Source of the DNA: Clostridiaceae bacterium
GTDB lineage: Bacteria; Bacillota; Clostridia; DSM-8532
DNA: 64,000 nt
Assembly (NCBI GenBank): GCA_012521705.1
Contig: JAAYLX010000011.1
Location: 10,958-74,957 of the forward strand
Direction: 5' to 3'
Below the pieces are notes generated by a model, which was not told the origin of the DNA, searched no databases, and was given only the letters and a program-made list of their open reading frames with translations. The position numbers were made by a program, and so were the translations under genes. This document shows, one piece after another, positions 49,753-58,753 of the stretch (its first letter is position 1; every line of letters starts with the position of its first letter).

Positions 49753-50236
49753 TATTGTATTAATTGGCCTTACGGGTTGCGGAAAATCTACAATCGGAAA
49801 AAAGCTTTCTTCAATTCTCAATATGCCTTTCTTTGACACAGATAAATATATTGAGGAGCATTACGGCTCCATAGAAAGCCTTTTTAAAAAAGGTGAAGAG
49901 CATTTCAGGGATATTGAGAGCGAGGCTGTTGAAATAATCTCCAAAAGAAGCAATGCCATTATATCTACCGGCGGTGGAGTGGTACTGAGGCGTGAAAATA
50001 TGGAAGCCCTGAAGAATAACGGAATAGTTTTTTATCTTGTAAGGCCTCTGGAAGAGATAATCCGGACACTGGATACCGGCACAAGACCGCTTTTGAAAAA
50101 TGGTACAGAGGCATTGTATAAACTCCATGAGCAGCGAAAAGGGCTTTATATGTTATACAGTGATCACACAATAGACGCTTCCGATATTGACAAGGCTGTG
50201 AATGAAATAATTTCAATACTGAACAGCGGTGCCTGA
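49742..50236 (+). CDS. aroK: Shikimate kinase
   Basis: 164 aa with the P-loop GLTGCGKSTIG. Overlaps aroE by 11 nt. Confidence 0.9.
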   Translation: MKTNIVLIGLTGCGKSTIGKKLSSILNMPFFDTDKYIEEHYGSIESLFKKGEEHFRDIESEAVEIISKRSNAIISTGGGVVLRRENMEALKNNGIVFYLVRPLEEIIRTLDTGTRPLLKNGTEALYKLHEQRKGLYMLYSDHTIDASDIDKAVNEIISILNSGA

Positions 50237-50353
50237 CCATTTTACCTGCATTTCTGTCTAAACTATTCTCCATTTGTTTATAATTAAGCACTCATAGTAT
50301 GGAATATGAAACAATATATTTGACACAGGTACTAATTTGCTGGTGAACCTGTT

Positions 50354-51632
50354 TTGAAAAAGACCGATATTTTGTATCTGATACTTGGCATGTTAATTGT
50401 ATATGGGTTTTTACGTATATTTGTTGTCAAGGAACCATTTATAAAAGATATAGAGCCTCCTTCAGAGGAAAAAGCAATAATTATTGAAAATGAAGAAGAA
50501 CCTGAAAAAAACATCTCATATATCACCCAGGACCAAATATATGATTATTTGGAAAACGACCCTGCAATCGAAGTGCACAATGAACCATCAATAAATGCCC
50601 GCTCTGCAATTGTCATGGATTTTGAGACAGGCGCCGTACTGTATCAGAAAAATGCTTTTCGAAAAAGACCAATGGCCAGTACGACCAAGATTATGACTGC
50701 AATTATCGCCCTGGAGAACTGTGATTTGAATGAAGATGTGGTAATAAGCCAAAAGGCTGCCAATATGGGTGGCTCCTCCATGGGAATAAGGGCAGGATCG
50801 GTTGTGAAAATGAATGATTTACTTCACGGCATGCTGATTTGCTCAGGAAATGACGCAGCGGTGGCAATAGCCGAGCATATAGGAGGAAGTATTGAAGGTT
50901 TTTCAGAGTTAATGAACAAAAAGGCCCTGGAAATAGGAGCTTTTTCAACAAGCTTCTCAAATCCCCATGGACTTGACGAGGATGACCATTATACAACAGC
51001 CTACGACCTTGCAAAAATAACAAGATATGCGCTAAAAATCCCCGAATTCAATGATATAGTGAAAAAAAAGGAGTTTTTTTTTTGAAGGGAGGACCCTTAA
51101 AAGCACCAATGAAATGCTCTCCTTATATGCGGGAGCTGATGGTGTAAAAACAGGATATACGGGTCTTGCCGGAAGATGTCTTGTTACAAGTGCGACAAGA
51201 AACGGAATGCGCCTCATATCTGTTGTTCTTTTCTGTGATACCAAGAATTTAAGGACTTCCAGCAGCACCAAAATACTTGATTATTCATTTGCAGAATATG
51301 ATCGTGTAAATCTCCTGGACAAAGGGACTGTAATGGGGACAATAAAAGTCAACCGGTCCCGTACAGCGCAGGAAATAAATCTCACTGTTGCAGAAGATTT
51401 AACGGCTGTCCTGAAACACAATCAAAAGGATATGCTATTTACACGGGTATCCATACCGAAACAGGTAACTGCGCCAGTCAAGAAAGGAAGTATCATGGGT
51501 ACGGTCTCAATTTACCATGGTGACAGAATTATCGCGGAAACTTCATTGATAGCTTTGGACAGCGCTGAGAAAAAAGAGCTAAAGGATTACATAGGGGATG
51601 TAATTATCAAGTGGATAGATATAATGAATTGA
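50354..51632 (+). pseudogene. Serine-type D-Ala-D-Ala carboxypeptidase (S11, PBP5/DacB-like) split by a +1 frame break at a T10 run
   Basis: ORF 50354..51085 carries the SxxK (ASTTK) and SxN (SGN) motifs. ORF 51114..51632, whose frame is open from 51063, carries KTG (VKTGYT) and a PBP5 C-terminal domain. The two meet at A8 (51062-51069) and T10 (51074-51083). Confidence 0.8.
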
Positions 51633-51858
51633 TTTTTGAATATTGATTTGCTGTTTCCTGCAAGATTCCTATATGATTCTCAGTTTCAAAAGTATTCCCT
51701 GTCTTATTGGACAAATATAAACAAAAAGAAAGCTTTGATAATATAAATATTTATTACAAACATAAAATTTGCAATATTAAAAAATAAAACTTGCAAAACC
51801 CTCGATGCGGGCTTAAAATGATTAAGAAGATATTAGTAATACTTTTGGAGGGTTATGC

Positions 51859-53133
51859 ATGGATCCTTTTCAGAATTTCAGCAAAGAACAGCTTGTTGCA
51901 AGAAAGGAAGAATTATCTAAAATATATGAGGATTACAGACTTAAAGGTCTGAAACTTGATATGTCCAGGGGTAAGCCCTGTACAGAGCAACTGGATCTAT
52001 CTGACGGAATTTTTGATAATTCACGGAACCTTGTTACCAATGACGGATTTGACTGCAGAAATTACGGATTGCTGGACGGTATAGCTGAAGCAAAATCACT
52101 ATTTGCAGAGCTTTTCGATATATCAACAGATCAAATTTTCATAGGCGGGAACTCCAGCCTGAATCTAATGTATGATTTGATTGCAAAGGCCTTTCTCTTT
52201 GGATTGAATGGCTTTGAAAAACCATGGAGCCAGGCGGGCAAGATTAAGTTCTTGTGTCCTTCACCAGGTTATGATCGCCATTTTGCAATTACAGAGCAAT
52301 TTGGAGTCGAAATGATCATAGTTCCAATGAAAAATGACGGTCCTGACATGGATATGATTGAATCCCTGGTTGCTGAGGACGAGAGCATCAAAGGTATGTG
52401 GTCCATTCCAATGTACAGTAACCCTACCGGTGTTACTTATTCTGATGAAGTTGTAAGACGCCTCGCTTCAATGAAAACAAAGGCGAAAGATTTCAGAATC
52501 ATGTGGGATAATGCCTATGCATTCCATCATTTATATGATGACCAGGATAAACTGGCAAATATTATTGCAGAATGTGAAAAGGCAGGAAACCCTGACAGGG
52601 CATTTTTGTTCAGTTCAACTTCCAAAATCACCTTCCCGGGTGCCGGAATAGCAATTATGGCTTCCAGTAAGGAGAATATTGCCCATGTCAAAAAGCAGAT
52701 TTCCTATCAGACAATAGGCTACGACAAGATAAACATGCTGCTGCATGTACGGTTTATTAAGGATGCTGAGAATCTGAAGAACCATATGAAAAAACATGCA
52801 GAGATCATAAGGCCCAAATTTGATGCAGTTGATGAGATTTTGACCAGGAATCTGGACGGAAAGGGAATAGCAAGCTGGACCAAACCCAAAGGAGGCTACT
52901 TTATTAGCCTGGATGTCCCTGAAGGATGCGCAAAAAGAACAGTAAGCCTTGCAAAAGAGGCAGGGGTTACCCTCACATCCGCCGGTGCCACATTCCCGTA
53001 CGGCAAAGACCCTAAGGATTCCAATATACGCATAGCTCCTACTTATCCGCCAATTGAGGAGTTAAGGCAGGCAATGGAAATCCTGTCGGTATGTGTGGAA
53101 CTTGCCGCACTGGAAAAGATATTGTCTAATTAA
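51859..53133 (+). CDS. Class I/II PLP-dependent aminotransferase
   Basis: 424 aa with an aminotransferase-like fold signature (SRGKP, NPTG, SSTSK lysine region). Confidence 0.8.
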   Translation: MDPFQNFSKEQLVARKEELSKIYEDYRLKGLKLDMSRGKPCTEQLDLSDGIFDNSRNLVTNDGFDCRNYGLLDGIAEAKSLFAELFDISTDQIFIGGNSSLNLMYDLIAKAFLFGLNGFEKPWSQAGKIKFLCPSPGYDRHFAITEQFGVEMIIVPMKNDGPDMDMIESLVAEDESIKGMWSIPMYSNPTGVTYSDEVVRRLASMKTKAKDFRIMWDNAYAFHHLYDDQDKLANIIAECEKAGNPDRAFLFSSTSKITFPGAGIAIMASSKENIAHVKKQISYQTIGYDKINMLLHVRFIKDAENLKNHMKKHAEIIRPKFDAVDEILTRNLDGKGIASWTKPKGGYFISLDVPEGCAKRTVSLAKEAGVTLTSAGATFPYGKDPKDSNIRIAPTYPPIEELRQAMEILSVCVELAALEKILSN

Positions 53134-53275
53134 GAGAATTAAATATATAAATATTTGTGCCTGAAATTACTTATGAAATACACCCTAACGGTTTTACTTT
53201 TTCAGGAATGATTCAAAGTTTTGATAGTTTCTGAAAAATAAAATATAATTTATGGCACCTTCAAAAAATTACGCA

Positions 53276-53309
53276 AAAAATAGGTAATGATTTACCTATT
53301 TTTTGTTTC
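53276..53309 (+). terminator. Intrinsic terminator after the aminotransferase gene
   Basis: ATAGGTAA pairs with TTACCTAT. TTTTTGTTT follows. Confidence 0.7.
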
Positions 53310-53557
53310 TTATTAAAGCTTTTATCCATAAATATAAAAAATTCCAATAATTTAAAATGCATTGCAACCCTTGGAATATCCTGAATCTGACAGATAATAT
53401 CAGATAACGGGATTCCAAAATGAGTAAAAATAGTGTAGATTTTTAATCAAAATAGTTATATAATTAACATCGTCAACTATTATCAAGAATAAGATATTAT
53501 GATGTACTGTTGTTAGCACGATGTGACAATAAGTCGTTATGCCGGAGGTTATTGCAA

Positions 53558-54988
53558 TTGTCCAGGAGTGTTTATGAAAGCCCTTTAAATTCACGTTATG
53601 CCAGCAAAGAAATGTCCGAGCTTTTTTCTCCGGATGTTAAATTCAAAACCTGGAGAAAACTTTGGATTGCTTTGGCGGAAGCAGAAAAAGAACTTGGTCT
53701 TAATATTACCGATGATCAAATTGATGAATTAAAAAAGAACCAGGATAATATCGATTACGAATTAGTTGAAAAAATAGAGAAAGAGACCCGTCATGATGTA
53801 ATGTCCCATGTACGCGCTTATGGAATGCAGTGTGAGAAAGCAAAGGGCATTATTCATTTAGGTGCGACATCCTGTTATGTTGGAGACAATACTGATATTC
53901 TTATTTATTCTCAGGCTTTAAAACTGATAAAAAGCAAAGTCTTGTCAGTTATCTCAAAGCTGTCCCGTTTTGCAGAAAAATATAAAGATATGCCTGCACT
54001 GGGCTTTACACATTACCAGCCCGCACAACTTGTAACAGTGGGTAAAAGGGCCTGTCTTTGGATACAGGATCTTATGCTTGACTGTGAGGAGCTGGATTTT
54101 GTTATTTCCACTTTGAGGCTTCTTGGCAGCAAGGGTACAACTGGTACCCAGGCAAGCTTTTTATCCCTTTTTGACGGGGATCATGAAAAGGTTAAGAAGC
54201 TGGAACAGCTTATAGCTGAAAAGCTCAATTATGATAAAGTAATCCCTGTATCGGGCCAAACATATACAAGAAAGCAAGATTCCCGAATTCTCAATGTTTT
54301 GAGCAGCATTGCTCAAAGTGCATATAAATTCAGCAATGACATGCGCTTATTGGCTAACCTTAAAGAAATGGAAGAACCTTTTGAAAAGAATCAGATTGGT
54401 TCTTCAGCCATGGCATATAAACGCAACCCAATGAGGAGCGAAAGAATTTCTTCATTGGCAAGGTATGTTATTGTCAATTCTCTTAATCCGGCCATTACGG
54501 CATCAACTCAATGGTTTGAAAGGACACTTGACGACTCTGCCAACAGACGTATCAGTATTCCGGAAGCATTCCTTGCAGTTGATGCTATATTGAATATCTA
54601 TAACAATATTGCCGACGGCATAGTTGTTTATCCAAGGATTATCAGAAAAAGAGTAATGGAAGAACTCCCGTTTATGGCTACAGAGAACATTCTCATGGAA
54701 GCGGTTAAACGTGGAGGAGACAGGCAGGAGCTTCATGAACGCATAAGGGTTCATTCTCTCGCAGCAGCCAAAATGGTTAAAGAAGAAGGAAAAGAGAATG
54801 ATCTTCTTGAAAGGATTGCAAACGATCCGAACTTTGGCATGACCTACGAAGAGCTGACCCGGGTTTTAAGCCCTGAAAACTATGTCGGCAGATGCCCTCA
54901 GCAGGTGGAAGAGTTCCTGGACGAATATGTCAGACCATTGCTCAGGAACAACAATGTAACTGAAATCCACGTCGAACTTAAGGCCTAA
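53558..54988 (+). CDS. purB: Adenylosuccinate lyase
   Basis: SSAMAYKRNP signature. I chose start TTG 53558 (SRSVYESPLNSRYAS), 9 nt after GGAGG. The ORF-track start 53510 is unlikely. Confidence 0.93.
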   Translation: MSRSVYESPLNSRYASKEMSELFSPDVKFKTWRKLWIALAEAEKELGLNITDDQIDELKKNQDNIDYELVEKIEKETRHDVMSHVRAYGMQCEKAKGIIHLGATSCYVGDNTDILIYSQALKLIKSKVLSVISKLSRFAEKYKDMPALGFTHYQPAQLVTVGKRACLWIQDLMLDCEELDFVISTLRLLGSKGTTGTQASFLSLFDGDHEKVKKLEQLIAEKLNYDKVIPVSGQTYTRKQDSRILNVLSSIAQSAYKFSNDMRLLANLKEMEEPFEKNQIGSSAMAYKRNPMRSERISSLARYVIVNSLNPAITASTQWFERTLDDSANRRISIPEAFLAVDAILNIYNNIADGIVVYPRIIRKRVMEELPFMATENILMEAVKRGGDRQELHERIRVHSLAAAKMVKEEGKENDLLERIANDPNFGMTYEELTRVLSPENYVGRCPQQVEEFLDEYVRPLLRNNNVTEIHVELKA

Positions 54989-55179
54989 TTCTAATTCAAT
55001 ATTGCTATAATTCGCTAAATTGTTAAAGGTACAAAAGATTAAGTAGGAAATAAGTCAAATGTCCTATTGATTTTTTAAAGAAAATTGATGTACTATTGTC
55101 ATGTCATCATCTTGTAATATTATTTGTTAGAATATTATATTAGAATTATATTATTAGTTTAGATTGTGGAGGTCAAAGT

Positions 55180-55911
55180 ATGGTCGCGATTAATAAATAT
55201 AGTGATGTACCGCTATATTGCCAACTCAAAAATATCATTATAAAAAAGATAGAGAATGGTGACTTTAAAGCAGATTCCAAAATTCCTTCGGAGCAAGATT
55301 TCTGTGAGCAATACAATATTTCAAGACCTACCGTAAGGCAGGCTATTAATGAACTTACCGCAAGCGGCCGACTTTATAAATTGAAGGGAAAGGGTACTTT
55401 TGTAGCTGCCCAGAAAACCCTTATAAAAATCAAGGACTATACAGGATTTACGGATTCAATTCTTGACAGCAAAAATCCGGCGGAAAAAAACATTATTTCA
55501 ATTGAAACAGTTTCAAGCAAGGACCATGAGTTTTTAACCGAGGCTTTTTGCCTTAAGTCCAGCTCAACAAATGATTTTGTTGCTATTACCTTCACAAACA
55601 GCAAGGATGAAATAATTTCTCTTAATGTGTCATATCTTCCTTTGGCATTATTCCCGGATATTATTGATGATCTTAACAATAACCGGGATGTATTAAGAGG
55701 AAAGTATCCTCTTATCCCCACAACCGCAAAAAGCACCCTCGATGTAATTTGCACTGAGCAGAAAGATGCAGCTTATCTGAATATTCAGCCCGGACAACCT
55801 CTTATCTGCATCAGCAATATTTTATATTCCAAGAGCGCTCAGCCTGTCGAGTACATATCTGCGAAATATCGTGCCGATAAGGTAAGGCTCCAGTTTGAAA
55901 ACAGGAAATAA
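55180..55911 (+). CDS. GntR-family (HutC/UTRA subfamily) transcriptional regulator
   Basis: 243 aa with an N-terminal wHTH (SEQDFCEQYNISRPTVRQAINEL) and a C-terminal UTRA-like domain. Confidence 0.85.
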   Translation: MVAINKYSDVPLYCQLKNIIIKKIENGDFKADSKIPSEQDFCEQYNISRPTVRQAINELTASGRLYKLKGKGTFVAAQKTLIKIKDYTGFTDSILDSKNPAEKNIISIETVSSKDHEFLTEAFCLKSSSTNDFVAITFTNSKDEIISLNVSYLPLALFPDIIDDLNNNRDVLRGKYPLIPTTAKSTLDVICTEQKDAAYLNIQPGQPLICISNILYSKSAQPVEYISAKYRADKVRLQFENRK

Positions 55912-56052
55912 TAACCGTGCGATATTAAGGTTTGCAAAGTGTCATACGAGAGAAAAATAAGAAAATTACTTTGACAGACCAGGAATAATAAATATTGATT
56001 ATAGAAAGTTATTGAAAAAATTATAGTTTTTATTTATTATAGATTTATATAA

Positions 56053-56083
56053 AAGCCGGCAATTCTTATCGAATTGTCGGCTT
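56053..56083 (-). terminator. Terminator after the coat-protein operon, possibly bidirectional
   Basis: AAGCCGGCAATTC pairs with GAATTGTCGGCTT. The T-run is on the minus-strand side. Confidence 0.6.
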
Positions 56084-56103
56084 AATTAATCTTTGTATTG
56101 GTT

Positions 56104-56379
56104 TTACTGCATCTGTTGCTGCATACCCTGGAATTTTTGTGTTGCGTTCTGAACGTCGTTCATGTTTGCATTTTTAACCTGGTACCAGCCTTTCTGCCTC
56201 ATCAGATCGAAAACCTGGTATTGGATTTGTTGCTTGTCGTTAATTATTTTCATAAGTTCCGATCTTAAATTCTCACAGGTCGATTCAGCAAGATATGTTC
56301 CGTATGCTGTAATCATCTGCTTTTCAGAACTCAGTACGTCATTTATTATTTCACGCTCGGAAAAAACAGCATTGTTCAT
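56104..56379 (-). CDS. Spore coat protein, CotF-like (Coat_F domain)
   Basis: 91 aa. EREIINDVLSSEKQMITAYGTYLAESTCENLR resembles the Coat_F domain. Confidence 0.7.
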   Translation of the reverse strand: MNNAVFSEREIINDVLSSEKQMITAYGTYLAESTCENLRSELMKIINDKQQIQYQVFDLMRQKGWYQVKNANMNDVQNATQKFQGMQQQMQ

Positions 56380-56394
56380 AATTCAACTCCTCCT

Positions 56395-56697
56395 TTATTG
56401 CTGCTGCTGTTGTTGTGCCGGTTTGTTATGGGAGTTCAGGTAGTTAAAGAGAATATCAAAATGCTTTTTATGAAACTGTGCGGCCTTGTTGCAGATATCC
56501 TTAAGTTGAGCGTCATTGCAGCTTTGGGAATACATGTTCAATTTTTTGTAGTAAAGGGATTCATAGTTCATCATGTCTTCAAGTATGGTCAGGTTTTTGC
56601 TTGTGAGCATTGACTGAGCCTGTTGTCCCATCTGCTGTCCCTGTTGCATTTGCTGCCCCTGCATCTGCGGATTGTTTTGCTGCTGCATATTGTTCAA
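56395..56697 (-). CDS. Q-rich spore coat protein (Coat_F-like)
   Basis: I chose start TTG 56697, 7 nt after GGAGGTG (ATG 56688 is the alternative). Poly-Q N- and C-termini flank a helical core. Located 15 nt upstream of the cotF-like gene. Confidence 0.6.
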   Translation of the reverse strand: MNNMQQQNNPQMQGQQMQQGQQMGQQAQSMLTSKNLTILEDMMNYESLYYKKLNMYSQSCNDAQLKDICNKAAQFHKKHFDILFNYLNSHNKPAQQQQQQ

Positions 56698-56970
56698 TTT
56701 AAAGCACCTCCATTTATTGTTTTGTGTCGCGTGGACACCGTTATTTTTCTCAACAAGCACGATTTTTATTATTATTTGTTTGCTTGCGTTAAATATTTAA
56801 AAATATCTTCATCAAAACCATCAAAGAAGAAAAATAAATGGTTTTGTCAATTTCTTCTCAAAATTTATTACTTTTTTTGAATATATCCATTAACCGCCCA
56901 ATATACTTATATTGACCGAATTGGTCATGCATCTTTGCATGTACCGACTTATACTGAAGGGGGATTGGCC

Positions 56971-58452
56971 GTGGATAGTTTATACAGTATATATAACGAT
57001 ATTGCCGAGAGGACCAAGGGTGATATTTACATAGGGGTGGTGGGACCCGTCAGAACCGGCAAGTCAACTTTTATCAAGAAGTTTATGGATACCCTTGTAG
57101 TTCCCAATATCAAGAACCCGTACGACAGAGAAAGGGCTGTTGACGAAACACCCCAAAGCGCAGCAGGAAGAATGATCATGACAACTGAGCCAAAATTTAT
57201 CCCCAACGAAGCGGTCACAATTACCATGGAAGACAATGTCACCTTAAAAGTCCGGTTGGTCGACTGCGTCGGCTTCATGGTTAAGAGCGCTATCGGCCAT
57301 ATGGAGGATGATATGCCCCGAATGGTAAAGACGCCCTGGTCAGATGAAGAAATTCCTTTTGAAGATGCGGCTGCCATCGGGACCCGAAAAGTTATTAATG
57401 ATCATTCAACAATTGGTATAATGATAACAACCGATGGATCCTTTACACAGTTCCCAAGAAATGAATATGAGAAGGCAGAGGAAGGAGTTATCAGGGAACT
57501 TAACGCCTCCGGGAAGCCCTATGTAATCCTTCTCAATTCTGCAGTTCCTGATTTGCCTCAAACAAAAGAATTGGCTAAATCATTAAGTGATAAATACAAG
57601 AAACCTGTTATACCCATAGATTGCCTGAACCTGAACATCCAGTCCATTAACAAGGTAATTAACGGTATACTTCTTGATTTCCCTGTTCGCGAAATTCGCA
57701 TAAATTTACCTGGCTGGATGCTGTCTCTGGAAAAGGACCACTGGCTCAGAAAAGAAATGCTGTGCGCCATTCAGGATACTTTCAATGATGGATGCACAGT
57801 GCAGATGGCCCAGGCTGCGGCAGGAAGAATGAAGGATTATGAATTCCTGAATCAGGCAAGCATAACCGAGATTTCTATGGGTACCGGTGTGCTGAACATA
57901 GAAATCAAGCCTGCGGACGGTCTGTTCTATCAAATTGTCAAAGAGGATACCGGACTTGAAATTGATGGCGAGCAAAGGTTATTTGCAGTACTTAAAGAGC
58001 TTTCTGCCATCCGGAATGAGTATAAGAAGGTGGAGACTGCGCTTAATGAAGTTAGGACCAAAGGTTATGGCGTTGTTACTCCGAGACTTGACGAACTTAC
58101 CCTTGAGCCACCCGAAATAGTAAGGCAGGGATCACGCTTTGGTATTAAACTTCGCGCCAGCGCTCCTTCCATTCACATGATCAGAGCAGATATTGAAACA
58201 GAAATTGCACCATTGGTGGGTTCCGAAAAACAGTCCGAGGAACTTGTTAATTATCTTCTTAAAGAGTTTGAAGGAAAACCTGAGAAGCTATGGGAGTCCA
58301 ATATATTCGGCAAATCTCTGTATGAGCTGATTACAGAAGGATTACAGAACAAGATTTATAAAATGCCTGAAGATGCTCAACTCAAGCTTCAGGAAACCTT
58401 GCAGAAGATTATTAATGAAGGCAGCGGAGGATTAATCTGCATAATACTATAA
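56971..58452 (+). CDS. spoIVA: Stage IV sporulation protein A (coat morphogenetic ATPase)
   Basis: YNDIAERTKGDIYIGVVGPVRTGKSTFIKKFM Walker A region. I chose start GTG 56971 after GAAGGGGGA. Confidence 0.93.
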   Translation: MDSLYSIYNDIAERTKGDIYIGVVGPVRTGKSTFIKKFMDTLVVPNIKNPYDRERAVDETPQSAAGRMIMTTEPKFIPNEAVTITMEDNVTLKVRLVDCVGFMVKSAIGHMEDDMPRMVKTPWSDEEIPFEDAAAIGTRKVINDHSTIGIMITTDGSFTQFPRNEYEKAEEGVIRELNASGKPYVILLNSAVPDLPQTKELAKSLSDKYKKPVIPIDCLNLNIQSINKVINGILLDFPVREIRINLPGWMLSLEKDHWLRKEMLCAIQDTFNDGCTVQMAQAAAGRMKDYEFLNQASITEISMGTGVLNIEIKPADGLFYQIVKEDTGLEIDGEQRLFAVLKELSAIRNEYKKVETALNEVRTKGYGVVTPRLDELTLEPPEIVRQGSRFGIKLRASAPSIHMIRADIETEIAPLVGSEKQSEELVNYLLKEFEGKPEKLWESNIFGKSLYELITEGLQNKIYKMPEDAQLKLQETLQKIINEGSGGLICIIL

Positions 58453-58622
58453 ATGGCCTTCCGAAAATTATCCGGAACGGGAGTATCTCCTGTATTATGA
58501 GGTACTCTCTTTTTTTATTTTATAAATTATTTTTCAGAAGATTATTATTGAATGCAGCCGAGAATTAATTTGTATAATACTATATATGGCTTTCCGAAAA
58601 TTATCTGTAAGTATCTCCTGTA
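58402..58622 (+). repeat. Direct duplication (~90 bp, ~85-88% identity, 133-bp offset) of the spoIVA 3' end and its downstream sequence
   Basis: Copy A (58402-58494) aligns with copy B (58535-58622). Both read CAGAAGATTATTA..GCAGC..ATTAAT..ATAATACTATA.ATGGC.TTCCGAAAATTATC...GTATCTCCTGTA. Confidence 0.7.
58481..58520 (+). terminator. spoIVA intrinsic terminator
   Basis: GAGTATCTC pairs with GAGGTACTC. TCTTTTTTTATTTT follows. Confidence 0.7.
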
Positions 58623-58753
58623 CAAGAGCTTTTTTAAAAAAATAATTTTATTAAGAGACTTTCAATTACCGGTCTTAAAATGGATTTTTTTAAGAAATAA
58701 GTGGTATAATTAATGATGTATTTAATAAAGACAACCCCGAAAGGAGCTAAAAT

